This document shows, in pieces, positions 20,459 through 29,344 of a DNA stretch of 64,000 nucleotides. Within the stretch, counting starts at the first letter, position 1. Each line of letters opens with the position of its first letter. The stretch is from Methanotrichaceae archaeon. GTDB taxonomy: Archaea; Halobacteriota; Methanosarcinia; Methanotrichales; Methanotrichaceae. The notes under the pieces were generated by a model, which saw nothing but the letters and a program-made list of their open reading frames with translations, was not told the DNA's origin and ran no database searches. Both the position numbers and the translations under genes were made by a program. The stretch spans positions 128,001 through 192,000 of the forward strand of contig CAWEXU010000030.1 in NCBI GenBank assembly GCA_963813075.1, written 5' to 3'.

Positions 20459-21562
20459 ATGGATGTCCTTGTGCTCTGCATAGACCGGGACAATGACCTG
20501 GGCCGCAAGGGTGGGGTAATTACCCCCGTTGTGGGCAGAGAGGCCAATATAGAGGCCGCCCTGAAACTGGGCATGTCTGATCCGGAGGACTCGGACGTCA
20601 ACACCATCTTCGGAGGCATCAAAGCCCTGGATGAGATCATCGCCTCCGGCAAGAGCGTGGAGATCGCCTCCATTGCCGGAGACCTCAAGGTCGGCCTGAT
20701 CTCAGACAGTAAACTTGCCTCTCAGCTGGAGGATCTGCTGGCGCGCTTGCATCCCCAGGGGGTGGTCGTGGTCTCGGACGGGGCGGAGGACGAGGCAATC
20801 CTGCCCATCATCACCTCCCGGATCAAGGTAGAGGGTGTGCGCCGGGTTTTAGTCAAGCAGAGCCCCAACCTGGAGAGCACCTACTACCTTTTAAAGCAGC
20901 TATTCACCGACCCCAAGCTCAGCCATACCATCTTCATTCCTCCCGCGTTAGCTCTTCTCATGTTCGCCTTCTTCAGTCTGATCGGCTACCCCAGCTGGGC
21001 GATAGTGGCCATCACCGGCTCGGTGGGCCTGTACCTGTTATTCCGCGGTCTGGGACTGGACGACTCCATGGAGGAGGCAAAGCAGACCCTCAAGAAATCC
21101 CTCTATGCCCGGAAGATCGCCTTTATCACCTATATCCTGGCAGCGATGCTGGTGGTCATCGCCACCGTCAATGGGGTGGCATACTTCTGGCAGTACTTCC
21201 ATGAGGCCACCTTTCCCGGATACTTCACCCTGATCATGATCTATCTGTACGAGAGCATCTGGTGGTACATGGCTGCTGCCTTATGTGTGAACCTGGGAAA
21301 AGTTATGGACATGTATCTGGAGGGAGTAAGAGATGCCCGCACCATATCCTATCTCTTCTTCATCCTGGCCACCGGCCTGGTCATCTGGTCCGCCAGCAGC
21401 TTTATCCTGGCGAGCAACGCCGACTTGCAGTTCGGCATCGGCATGGTGGAATCGGTGCAAAAACTGGCTATCTCCGCCATCGGAGCCATCCTGATCACTG
21501 TGGTGGGAGTCAATATATCCAAGCGCATAGCCACCGATAAGGCATTTTTGCCCCTGAAGTGA
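20459..21562 (+). CDS. DUF373 family membrane protein
   Basis: LVLCIDRDNDLG, DPEDSDVN, VSDGAEDE, VKQS; multiple C-terminal TM segments. Confidence 0.88.
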   Translation: MDVLVLCIDRDNDLGRKGGVITPVVGREANIEAALKLGMSDPEDSDVNTIFGGIKALDEIIASGKSVEIASIAGDLKVGLISDSKLASQLEDLLARLHPQGVVVVSDGAEDEAILPIITSRIKVEGVRRVLVKQSPNLESTYYLLKQLFTDPKLSHTIFIPPALALLMFAFFSLIGYPSWAIVAITGSVGLYLLFRGLGLDDSMEEAKQTLKKSLYARKIAFITYILAAMLVVIATVNGVAYFWQYFHEATFPGYFTLIMIYLYESIWWYMAAALCVNLGKVMDMYLEGVRDARTISYLFFILATGLVIWSASSFILASNADLQFGIGMVESVQKLAISAIGAILITVVGVNISKRIATDKAFLPLK

Positions 21563-21568
21563 TTCCTG

Positions 21569-22459
21569 ATGCTAAAGGTCCTGGCTTCGGGGGAGAAGTG
21601 CCTTGCCGACAACACATTTGACTTTTACTGGCAGCACCAGGGCTCAAGGCTTTCTATGGATCAGACTGTGGGCGGCATCAGCCTCAGGCAGATCGTGGAA
21701 TCTCTCCGCCAGGGGGAGAAGGTGGAGATCTCAGGCGACGTGGGAAGCCGTTTGGGCTCAAGCTTAGGGGTGGACCTTATCCGGCTGGGGGGAAAGGGTG
21801 GACCAATTGAGAGGACGGGCAGCATCATCGTCGACGGAAACGTGGGCCGGCGCATGGGGATAAGCATGCTCAGAGGGGCGATCTATGTCTCGGGCAGGAT
21901 AAAGGAGCCCATGGGCAATGTACTCGAAGCTGAAAGCGACCTGACCGGATACAGAAAGTTCGTCTCCATAACCGAGGCTCTGGAGAAAGGAATGGAAGTC
22001 CTCCCACCAAACCATCTGGACGGGCAGGATTTGTTCATAGAGGACGGCATTCTCAGGGATACCCTGGGAGCGAGAAATCCCACCACCAAGACCATCCAAT
22101 TAATGGGCGATGCGGGGATGAGCACGGGAATTTTGATGCGCTCCGGCCAGATCATCGTCGAGGGATGCGCTCTGGAGAATACCGCCGTTCTATTGCGGGG
22201 AGGAAGGGTGGTGGTTAAAGGCAGCACAAAGGACTTCACCGGAGCGGAGATGAAAGGGGGCGAGGTGTTCATAGAAGGAGATGCCGGCAGCTTCACCTGC
22301 GCCCGGATGAGGGGAGGGGCGGTCTATGCCCGCCAGGCCCGGCCCCTGCCGCCGGCAAAGATCTATCCCCTGAGCCCGGCAGAGAGAACCATGCTGGCCA
22401 GGGCTCTGAATCTGGGGCCGATGCAGGCCCTGATGTACAGCCGGTTTGGCCTTCAGTAG
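21569..22459 (+). CDS. FwdC/GltB domain-3-like (GXGXG beta-helix) protein
   Basis: Repeats of I.V.G..G...G..M.GG.I.I.G. Confidence 0.8.
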   Translation: MLKVLASGEKCLADNTFDFYWQHQGSRLSMDQTVGGISLRQIVESLRQGEKVEISGDVGSRLGSSLGVDLIRLGGKGGPIERTGSIIVDGNVGRRMGISMLRGAIYVSGRIKEPMGNVLEAESDLTGYRKFVSITEALEKGMEVLPPNHLDGQDLFIEDGILRDTLGARNPTTKTIQLMGDAGMSTGILMRSGQIIVEGCALENTAVLLRGGRVVVKGSTKDFTGAEMKGGEVFIEGDAGSFTCARMRGGAVYARQARPLPPAKIYPLSPAERTMLARALNLGPMQALMYSRFGLQ

Positions 22460-23562
22460 ATCTCTTCCATATCCTCCAAATGGGCGAAAGCATCGTCCAG
22501 CTGCTTCCTGGCGCGCGACCTCTTCTCCTTCTCATCCTGCATTCCCCGTGCCGCCTGGGCATAGATGGATTCCAGCTCCGGTGCAGCAGCCATGGTGAAT
22601 ATGGATAGAACCCTTGGCTGGCCCTTCTTAACCACAATTCCTTTGAAAACGTGCCCCGCGCTGGCGGTGATCTTTTCCACCTCTTTGGTGATCTGATCCA
22701 CATCCAGAAGCTCCCGCGAGCCCTGGATGATGACCATCGCCCTGGCGGCGTCATCCGCCACATTCGCCGGATAGAGGAGGTTGTTGGGCTTCAGACTGTT
22801 CTCGATGGCGTCCTTGACCGAGGTGTTCTTCCCGTCAGCCTGATAGTATCCCATGGTGCCTATGCGCAGGCCCCCGTTCATGACCGTCTTGAAGTCGCCC
22901 AGATCTGTAACGGAGAGCATCTCACTGTCTAAAGACTCGATCAGGAACAGCAATCTCTTGGCAATGGTGCTGTTGATCTTGTCATAGGCACTGGCAATGT
23001 CACCGCTGAACCTTTTCATATACTGGTTGTCCGCCAGGATTATGCCCTCCGCGTCCAATTCCATCAGCTCCCTCATGCTGAATGCTGCATTCTGGAGGTA
23101 TATCGAGCCCTCCTCCCGGAAGGGCAGAATGGCGATGGTCACCACAGCGATGTTCGGGTACTGCCTTTTCAGCTCATTTATGAGAAGCGGTGAGAATGAA
23201 GAGCCGGTGCCTCCGGAGGTTGAGGTCAGGACAAAGGCGAGGTCGAAGTCCCCTCTCTTCTCGATCTCTCCCATTATGCTGTCCCGGTTGTCCATGAAGG
23301 CCTGCTTGCCCACGTTCCTGTTGGCCCCCATGCCATGCAGGTTCGGAACGTGCAATCGGTCTTTGGCGGTGGTGTATCTCAGTTCCTTGAGATCATTTAT
23401 CGCCGTATTGATCGCCAGGGTCTCCACCCGGCTGGGGAACTTGGGTCGCAGGCAGTACTTGGCGATCTTCGAGGCTCCTCCTCCACCCATCGCCTCCTTG
23501 TTCACTGCGTCCAGTATTCTATTTCCGCATTGGCCTACACCAAGGATAAGTACGTTAAGCAT
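22453..23562 (-). CDS. Tubulin/FtsZ superfamily GTPase (CetZ-like, non-canonical FtsZ)
   Basis: GVGQCGNRI, AINTA..DL, GMGANRNVG, SGGTGSS, LPF..EG, DN, T7-like TDLGDF. Confidence 0.88.
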   Translation of the reverse strand: MLNVLILGVGQCGNRILDAVNKEAMGGGGASKIAKYCLRPKFPSRVETLAINTAINDLKELRYTTAKDRLHVPNLHGMGANRNVGKQAFMDNRDSIMGEIEKRGDFDLAFVLTSTSGGTGSSFSPLLINELKRQYPNIAVVTIAILPFREEGSIYLQNAAFSMRELMELDAEGIILADNQYMKRFSGDIASAYDKINSTIAKRLLFLIESLDSEMLSVTDLGDFKTVMNGGLRIGTMGYYQADGKNTSVKDAIENSLKPNNLLYPANVADDAARAMVIIQGSRELLDVDQITKEVEKITASAGHVFKGIVVKKGQPRVLSIFTMAAAPELESIYAQAARGMQDEKEKRSRARKQLDDAFAHLEDMEEIY

Positions 23563-23595
23563 GAAATCAGCCTCGCTCTTTACTGTAGAAGTTTA

Positions 23596-24858
23596 TTAAT
23601 ATTTATATTCTTTGTGCCGTCTGTATAGCCAGGCGGCGATAATTATGATTGGGATCAGGAGTAGTAAATATTCATATTTATACTCTCGTTTCAGGACCAC
23701 TACCTCTGCAGATCCTTCTCTGATCGCGGAGCCGTCTCCACCATCGAATGTGGTCTTGAGGTGAATGGTATAGTTCCCTGAATCCTTTCCCGATAACATT
23801 ACGGAGTAATTAACCTCGCTGCCTGGTGGTATCTCAAAGAAGCTCCTCTCAAAGCCCGACGCCTCAAGGCCCACTGGCGGTTTTATGTCCCCTTTTGCCT
23901 CGATCCTGGTGGCAGGCGCCTTTCCAACATTCTCTATGCTGATGTTCACCATTCCTGTGCCGCCAAGAGGTAGCGGTCCGGGAGGTTCCATCCTTATCGC
24001 CAGGTCTGCCACACTCTTTGGATTGATGACGATGTCAAAAGGCTCGGAGCTGTTTGTCTTGACGTTATCCTTAGAATCGGTATAGCTGACATCTATTGCC
24101 GAGACCCGGATTGTGCCCTCTTTTATGGCATTCATCATATATACAGCCGAATCGGACTGCCCTGGGTCCAGGGTATCCTTGATCTTGGGCGGATAGCCGG
24201 CCACATAGGAGAACTCCGGCAGGGGTGGTGCATCATCCAATTTTATGTTCTGCGCTTTTCCTGTGCCCTGGTTCATGATGGTGACTGTGACCTTGACCTC
24301 ATCGCCCACATCCATCTCGCTCTTCTCGAAGCTCTTCTGGACGGTGAGAGCGGGCTTGTCGCCGGCGGATACAGGCCGGTCCGAGGCGCGCCTGCTGGGG
24401 GTTCCCAGGCTCTCCTGGTACTCGATTCGGACCCTGGCCGATCCCTCGTCGATGATATCGACAACCGTAAGGGTAATTCCCCCTTTCTCCGCCCCTCCGA
24501 TGAAGTTATTGGCCCGGTTCTCCAAAAATGCCCTCTGCTCGTCCAGTCCGCCTCCGGTTCTGGATACCTGCAGGACGGCTATGCCGTCGGTAACCGACTG
24601 GATCTCAATGAGCTCGGTTCGATAGTTGCTGATGTCGATTCTGTCGCCAATCCCCAGGGTAAAATCGTTATATGTTACCTGATCCTCATCCTCATCCTCA
24701 TCGTCGTCCTCATCTGCTCCCTGGACTGCTCCAATGCAGGCCATGGACAGCAAAAGAAGAAGGATGGCCAGGCTGACCTGGCTTAGGATATCAAGGCTGC
24801 TTTTGCCCCCATCTTTTTTAGGCCTTTGAGATTTAACTGTCAGCATTCTTGTCACCAT
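23596..24858 (-). CDS. Secreted, C-terminally anchored Ig-like domain (DUF11/BatD/CARDB-like) protein
   Basis: Signal peptide, acidic run, LTVQKSF...VGDEVKVTVTIMNQG repeats, TM helix plus basic tail. Confidence 0.75.
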   Translation of the reverse strand: MVTRMLTVKSQRPKKDGGKSSLDILSQVSLAILLLLLSMACIGAVQGADEDDDEDEDEDQVTYNDFTLGIGDRIDISNYRTELIEIQSVTDGIAVLQVSRTGGGLDEQRAFLENRANNFIGGAEKGGITLTVVDIIDEGSARVRIEYQESLGTPSRRASDRPVSAGDKPALTVQKSFEKSEMDVGDEVKVTVTIMNQGTGKAQNIKLDDAPPLPEFSYVAGYPPKIKDTLDPGQSDSAVYMMNAIKEGTIRVSAIDVSYTDSKDNVKTNSSEPFDIVINPKSVADLAIRMEPPGPLPLGGTGMVNISIENVGKAPATRIEAKGDIKPPVGLEASGFERSFFEIPPGSEVNYSVMLSGKDSGNYTIHLKTTFDGGDGSAIREGSAEVVVLKREYKYEYLLLLIPIIIIAAWLYRRHKEYKY

Positions 24859-25672
24859 TGTTCTTCATCTCCAGGCTCAAGTCAATCCATCTGGCATTTC
24901 TGGTGAGAGCACCAAGAGATATAACATCTACCCCACTCGCTTTATATTCGGTGATGTTATTCAGGGTTATGCCTCCCGATGCCTCAAGAATCAATTTATC
25001 TCGCAGACCCTCTCTTTCCAGGAGAGCAACGCCTCTAGCGATCTCGTCCGGGTCCATGTTATCGAACATGATGATATCCGCTCCCTCTCTTGCCGCTATG
25101 AGCATATCCTCGAGGCTTTCGATCTCCACCTCTATCTTCTTGGTGAAGCTGGTCAATTCCCTGGCACGGCGCAGGCATTCACTCAGTCCCAGGATCTTTA
25201 TGTGATTGTCCTTGATGAGGACGGCAGAAGACAGATTGAATCTATGGGGGTCGCCCCCTCCCAGATAGACTGCTCTCTTCTCGAATAACCGGAATCCTGG
25301 GGTGGTCTTGCGTGTGGCGGCGACTCGCACCCCTCCTGCCAGGAGGACGCAATTTCGGGTGAGGGTGGATATGCCGCTCATGCGTGCTAAAAAGTTGAGG
25401 ACCAGCCTTTCGGCCTGCAGGATCTTCCTCGCGCTGCCCGAAACCTCCAGAACGGTGCTCCCCAGGGGAGCGAACTCGCCATCATCGAATAGCAGATCGG
25501 CCTTCAGGCCAAAGTACTGGAAGATCTCCTCTGCCTCCGCCAGCCCGGAGATGATGCACTCCTCTTTGGCGATAATTACTGCGCGAACTGGCAAATCTGG
25601 AATAAGAGTGCTGGAATCATCCCATTCGCCCAGGTCCTCGCCTATAAATCGTTCCAGCTCTGACCTCAGCAT
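24833..25672 (-). CDS. nadC: Nicotinate-nucleotide pyrophosphorylase (carboxylating)
   Basis: ERLVLNFL..MSGIST, TRKTTPG, HRFNLS, IKDNH, EVE, DN, EASGGI, D.SL. Confidence 0.95.
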   Translation of the reverse strand: MLRSELERFIGEDLGEWDDSSTLIPDLPVRAVIIAKEECIISGLAEAEEIFQYFGLKADLLFDDGEFAPLGSTVLEVSGSARKILQAERLVLNFLARMSGISTLTRNCVLLAGGVRVAATRKTTPGFRLFEKRAVYLGGGDPHRFNLSSAVLIKDNHIKILGLSECLRRARELTSFTKKIEVEIESLEDMLIAAREGADIIMFDNMDPDEIARGVALLEREGLRDKLILEASGGITLNNITEYKASGVDVISLGALTRNARWIDLSLEMKNNGDKNADS

Positions 25673-25712
25673 ACCGCAAGGATTTTGATCCTTAATTGAT
25701 TTATAACCTGCG

Positions 25713-26524
25713 ATGCCTCTCAAGATCGGACTGGTGGGATGCGGTGCCATAGGGGCCCAGATCGCCAAAGCAATAGATTCTGGCCTCGTGGATGCGAATC
25801 TGGTTAGTGTATGCGATCACAATCCACAGACTGCCATCGCTCTGATCGAGAGCCTGCAGCATAAACCGAAAAAGACCGATCTAGAGGAGCTGGTGGAGCT
25901 CTCAGATGTGGTGGTGGAAGCAGCCTCCCAGAAGGCGGTACCTGCTGTAGCCAGGGCGGCATTGGCCAAAGGCAAAAGGCTGATGATCATGAGCGTAGGA
26001 GCCCTTGCCGACCCGGAGCTCTTCGGGGAGATAAAAAACCAGGCAACTCTCCACCACACCCAGGTCTATATCCCCTCAGGAGCGATATCGGGCCTGGATG
26101 CGCTCAAGTCCGCTCGCGCCGGTAGGATTGAAAGGGTGACCCTGACCACCACCAAAAATCCCAGTGGCTTGAGGGAGCGCCCTATATCCTGGAGAATAAG
26201 ATCGACCTGGATAGCCTCACGGGGCCGACCCAGATCTTTTCCGGCAATGCAATCGAGGCGGTTCGAGCATTTCCGGCCAATGTGAATGTTGCCGCCACCC
26301 TTTACCTCGCCTCTGGAGAGATGAATGTAGAGGTGAGGATAGTGGCTGATCCAAACATCACCGTCAACCGCCATGAGATCTCTGTGGAGGGAGACTTTGG
26401 GCGATTTACTACCCGGGTGGAGAACGTCCCCTCGCCGAAGAACCCAAAGACAAGCTATCTGGCAGCGCTATCTGCCATCGCCACATTGAAGTCCATTGTG
26501 GAGCCGATCAAGATCGGCACCTGA
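25713..26524 (+). pseudogene. nadX: L-aspartate dehydrogenase, split by a 1-nt deletion near 26172 (pseudogene or sequencing error)
   Basis: GCGAIG, VEAAS, SVGAL, SGAISGLD, TTKNP; continues in the shifted frame GAPY...FPANVNVAATL, NRHEI, NPKTSYLAALS. Confidence 0.88.
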
Positions 26525-26531
26525 TCTCCTC

Positions 26532-27653
26532 CTAAAAGAGGCCGTGAATCTCTCTGATTTTTTTCTTCAGGCCCTCAAGGGTCATGGAGAGTTCTTTATT
26601 GATCCTCTCCTCGGTCTTCGGGCCGACCTTCATCTCTATATCCGGATAAAATAGGGGCTCGTGGCCAGTGAGGTTCATGAACAGCTCCACCCAGTAGGGG
26701 GGCAGATACTCGGGCACCGGCTCGCCTCTCATAATATACAGGACACTGGTCCAGGCGGTGGGCACCACCTCCATGTTATAGCCCCCTCCGCCCAGGGCCA
26801 GCAGCCTGGACCCCGAATGCTTAGCGGCCAGATCGACGATCCGGCGGACCAGTTCGACATAGCCGTTCAGGGTCAGGTTCAGGCTGGTGAGGGGATCGGA
26901 GTAGTGGGTATCTATCCCCAGCTGGGCTACCACCGCCTGGGGCCGGAACCATTCAAAGAGGGAGGGAATGATCTGGTCGAAGGCCCGGAGGTATTGATCG
27001 TCTCCGGAGTACATGGGCATGGGGATGTTCACGCTGTATCCCAATCCCACACCCTCTCCCATCTCCTCTATGAATCCCGTTCCGGGAAAGAGGTACAATC
27101 CGGATTCATGCATGGAGACGGTCAAAACACTGGGATCGGAGTAGAATATTTGCTGAACCCCATCTCCATGATGGCCATCGATATCGATATACAGAACTCG
27201 ATCAAACCTCTCTCTCAGGACCTGGATGGCCAGAGCCGGGTCGTCAAAGACGCAAAATCCGGAGGCAATTGTGGGCAGTGCATGATGCAGTCCTCCTCCG
27301 ATATTAAAAGCGCTGCAGTCCTCAGCTATTATGCGGCGTGCGGCATCGATGGAGGCCCCGGCCAGCATTCTGGATGACTCATATATTCCCTCAAAGACCG
27401 GGGTGTCATCGCTCCCCAGGCCGAAGGCCAGGTCCGGCTCCTCCAATTTCACCGCCGCCAGGTACTCGGGGGTGTGCACCCGGAGAAGATCCTCTTCGCT
27501 CGCCGGGCTGGGCTCAAGCATGCATACCCTCTCGTCGAGTAGCCCCGACTCCTCCATAAGCCTGCAGGTGAGCATCAGGCGGGCGGGATTGAAAGGGTGC
27601 TCCGGACCAAAGTTATACCCTTGAAATTTCTCGCTGTAATATAGGTAGATCAT
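26532..27653 (-). CDS. Histone deacetylase family / AcuC-like deacetylase
   Basis: HPFNPAR, GGLHHA, SGFC, DIDGHHGDG, PGTG, DPL, GGGGY. Confidence 0.92.
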   Translation of the reverse strand: MIYLYYSEKFQGYNFGPEHPFNPARLMLTCRLMEESGLLDERVCMLEPSPASEEDLLRVHTPEYLAAVKLEEPDLAFGLGSDDTPVFEGIYESSRMLAGASIDAARRIIAEDCSAFNIGGGLHHALPTIASGFCVFDDPALAIQVLRERFDRVLYIDIDGHHGDGVQQIFYSDPSVLTVSMHESGLYLFPGTGFIEEMGEGVGLGYSVNIPMPMYSGDDQYLRAFDQIIPSLFEWFRPQAVVAQLGIDTHYSDPLTSLNLTLNGYVELVRRIVDLAAKHSGSRLLALGGGGYNMEVVPTAWTSVLYIMRGEPVPEYLPPYWVELFMNLTGHEPLFYPDIEMKVGPKTEERINKELSMTLEGLKKKIREIHGLF

Positions 27654-27847
27654 TTATAGCCTTTCTCTATCAGGCCGTCGCTCCAGTAGTTGTCACAGCT
27701 CTTGCAGTAATAGATGGTCTCAATCACAATCTTCTTCCAGTTATCTGCGTCCAGAGCCCGCCGGAGGTCTTTATGCTCGCACTCATTGCCGCATTTGGGA
27801 CAGAATGGTACGAAGTGTTCCAGGACTGCTTGGTCCTCATCTGCCAT
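27650..27847 (-). CDS. Small zinc-ribbon protein
   Basis: CPKC and YYCKSC pairs; ATGA overlap with the downstream gene. Confidence 0.65.
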   Translation of the reverse strand: MADEDQAVLEHFVPFCPKCGNECEHKDLRRALDADNWKKIVIETIYYCKSCDNYWSDGLIEKGYK

Positions 27848-27909
27848 TAAGTATTCCTCTTTAAAGGCAAAGTGTCGCGGGATAAGGCAAAAAGCTGTCG
27901 GTGCCAGGC

Positions 27910-28791
27910 CTAAAAGGGCGAGACGCCTGCGGCAAGGCAGCCGACTAAAAATCCCAGGATGACTCCTGAGTTCAGAAAAGGAAGGCCGGCCTGGGGACGA
28001 TCACGGGATGTGGTCATCAGCAGGAGAAAGCCGGCGTATGTTCCAAGCATAGCACCGATGCAGGGAAGGTTCAGGCCGAAGATCCCCCCTGATGGAAATG
28101 ACCAGCTGGCAGATATCACCAGGATGGTTGGTATGATGGCATCGCCCAGGCCGAGGAAATAGGCCCCTCTGTCGGTCTTGCCTTTTCCTTCCCCTTTAAA
28201 GATCGCGCCTGCATCCTGCCTTCTGAAGCTGTAGCCTTTGCTTTTAGGGACCACAAATAGCAAGGGAGCCTTCATCTTTATCGCCCCCTCTGCCAGGGAT
28301 ACCATATGGCGGGTCTTGTAGACGGAGATGGCATCGTAGACCGCCAGGATGACCAGCAGGACAACCACGGGCAGGATGGTCATGCTCAGCCCCAAGAGGG
28401 AGCTGATCCCGGCGCAAACCAAAATTCCGAAGGCATCCAGGATATACCACTCCGGATAGTAATGCAAGAGCAGCATAACCGCCACTGTGGGCAGGAGGGC
28501 GAGCCAAATGGGCATAACCGCCGCCAACACAATGAAGATGGTGACGGCAATGGATATCTGGATAAAGGCTTTGACCAGCCACTCTCCCTTAAGCCGGATG
28601 GCCAAGAGGAGAAGGGCAGTGAATATCAGGATGAGCAACACATAGATTATGGGATTGGAGACTGATGACGGATCCTCGAATACCCGGTTGTCTGTCGCGG
28701 ATATGGCCGGAGTTATGGCCAGGGCTATGATCTGCACCGCTACCAGGAATAGGAGCATAACCAGCACATGGAGCTTCGAGATGATGGACAT
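27910..28791 (-). CDS. Presenilin-family intramembrane aspartyl protease (PSH)
   Basis: Multiple TM segments; YDAISV, GLGD, PQAGLP motifs. Confidence 0.92.
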   Translation of the reverse strand: MSIISKLHVLVMLLFLVAVQIIALAITPAISATDNRVFEDPSSVSNPIIYVLLILIFTALLLLAIRLKGEWLVKAFIQISIAVTIFIVLAAVMPIWLALLPTVAVMLLLHYYPEWYILDAFGILVCAGISSLLGLSMTILPVVVLLVILAVYDAISVYKTRHMVSLAEGAIKMKAPLLFVVPKSKGYSFRRQDAGAIFKGEGKGKTDRGAYFLGLGDAIIPTILVISASWSFPSGGIFGLNLPCIGAMLGTYAGFLLLMTTSRDRPQAGLPFLNSGVILGFLVGCLAAGVSPF

Positions 28792-28804
28792 TAGATCATT
28801 TCCA

Positions 28805-29344
28805 TTATATCTTCTGTCGGTCCTGCTCAGCTCTTTTCTCCTCCAGCAGCTCCAGGTATGAGCGGCGGATGGTATCCTTCAGCTCGAGCTTTTTCAATAC
28901 CGATAAGACCCGCTCTTTTTCGTTCTCCCAATCCGCCTCCGCCTGGGCCTCCACCTCCAAAAAGGTGCCAAGCCCCTCCACCTCGTCCAGAGCGATGACC
29001 ATCCCCTGATAGGAGTATTTGGTCCTCCTCTTGCGAACCTCGGCGGAAAGGACGAATCCCAGAAAAGAGAGGATCTCCCTCATTTGGGTGGGGTCGTCGA
29101 TTTTCACCGTCAGCTCCCGGCGGGACTTGGTCTGCTGGTCAAGCCTGGGCCCTTTGTAGGTGAGCCGGGCACCATCCTCCTTTATGCGAATGCGCAGGGC
29201 TTCGTCGCTCTGCTTGAAGTCTCTGGAAGGGGAGTTGAAGTACAGATCCCGATGATTCTCCACCCGGAGAGGGGTGGCTCCCAGGGCGGCTATTCTCTCT
29301 ATAGTCTCCTTCTTCGCCCGCGCCTTGACCTCTACCTCGATCAT
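28805..29344 (-). CDS. cyaB: CYTH-domain / class IV adenylate cyclase-like protein
   Basis: EVEVK, DLYF, ALRIR, LTYKGP, LGTFLEVE, SYLELL. Confidence 0.88.
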   Translation of the reverse strand: MIEVEVKARAKKETIERIAALGATPLRVENHRDLYFNSPSRDFKQSDEALRIRIKEDGARLTYKGPRLDQQTKSRRELTVKIDDPTQMREILSFLGFVLSAEVRKRRTKYSYQGMVIALDEVEGLGTFLEVEAQAEADWENEKERVLSVLKKLELKDTIRRSYLELLEEKRAEQDRQKI

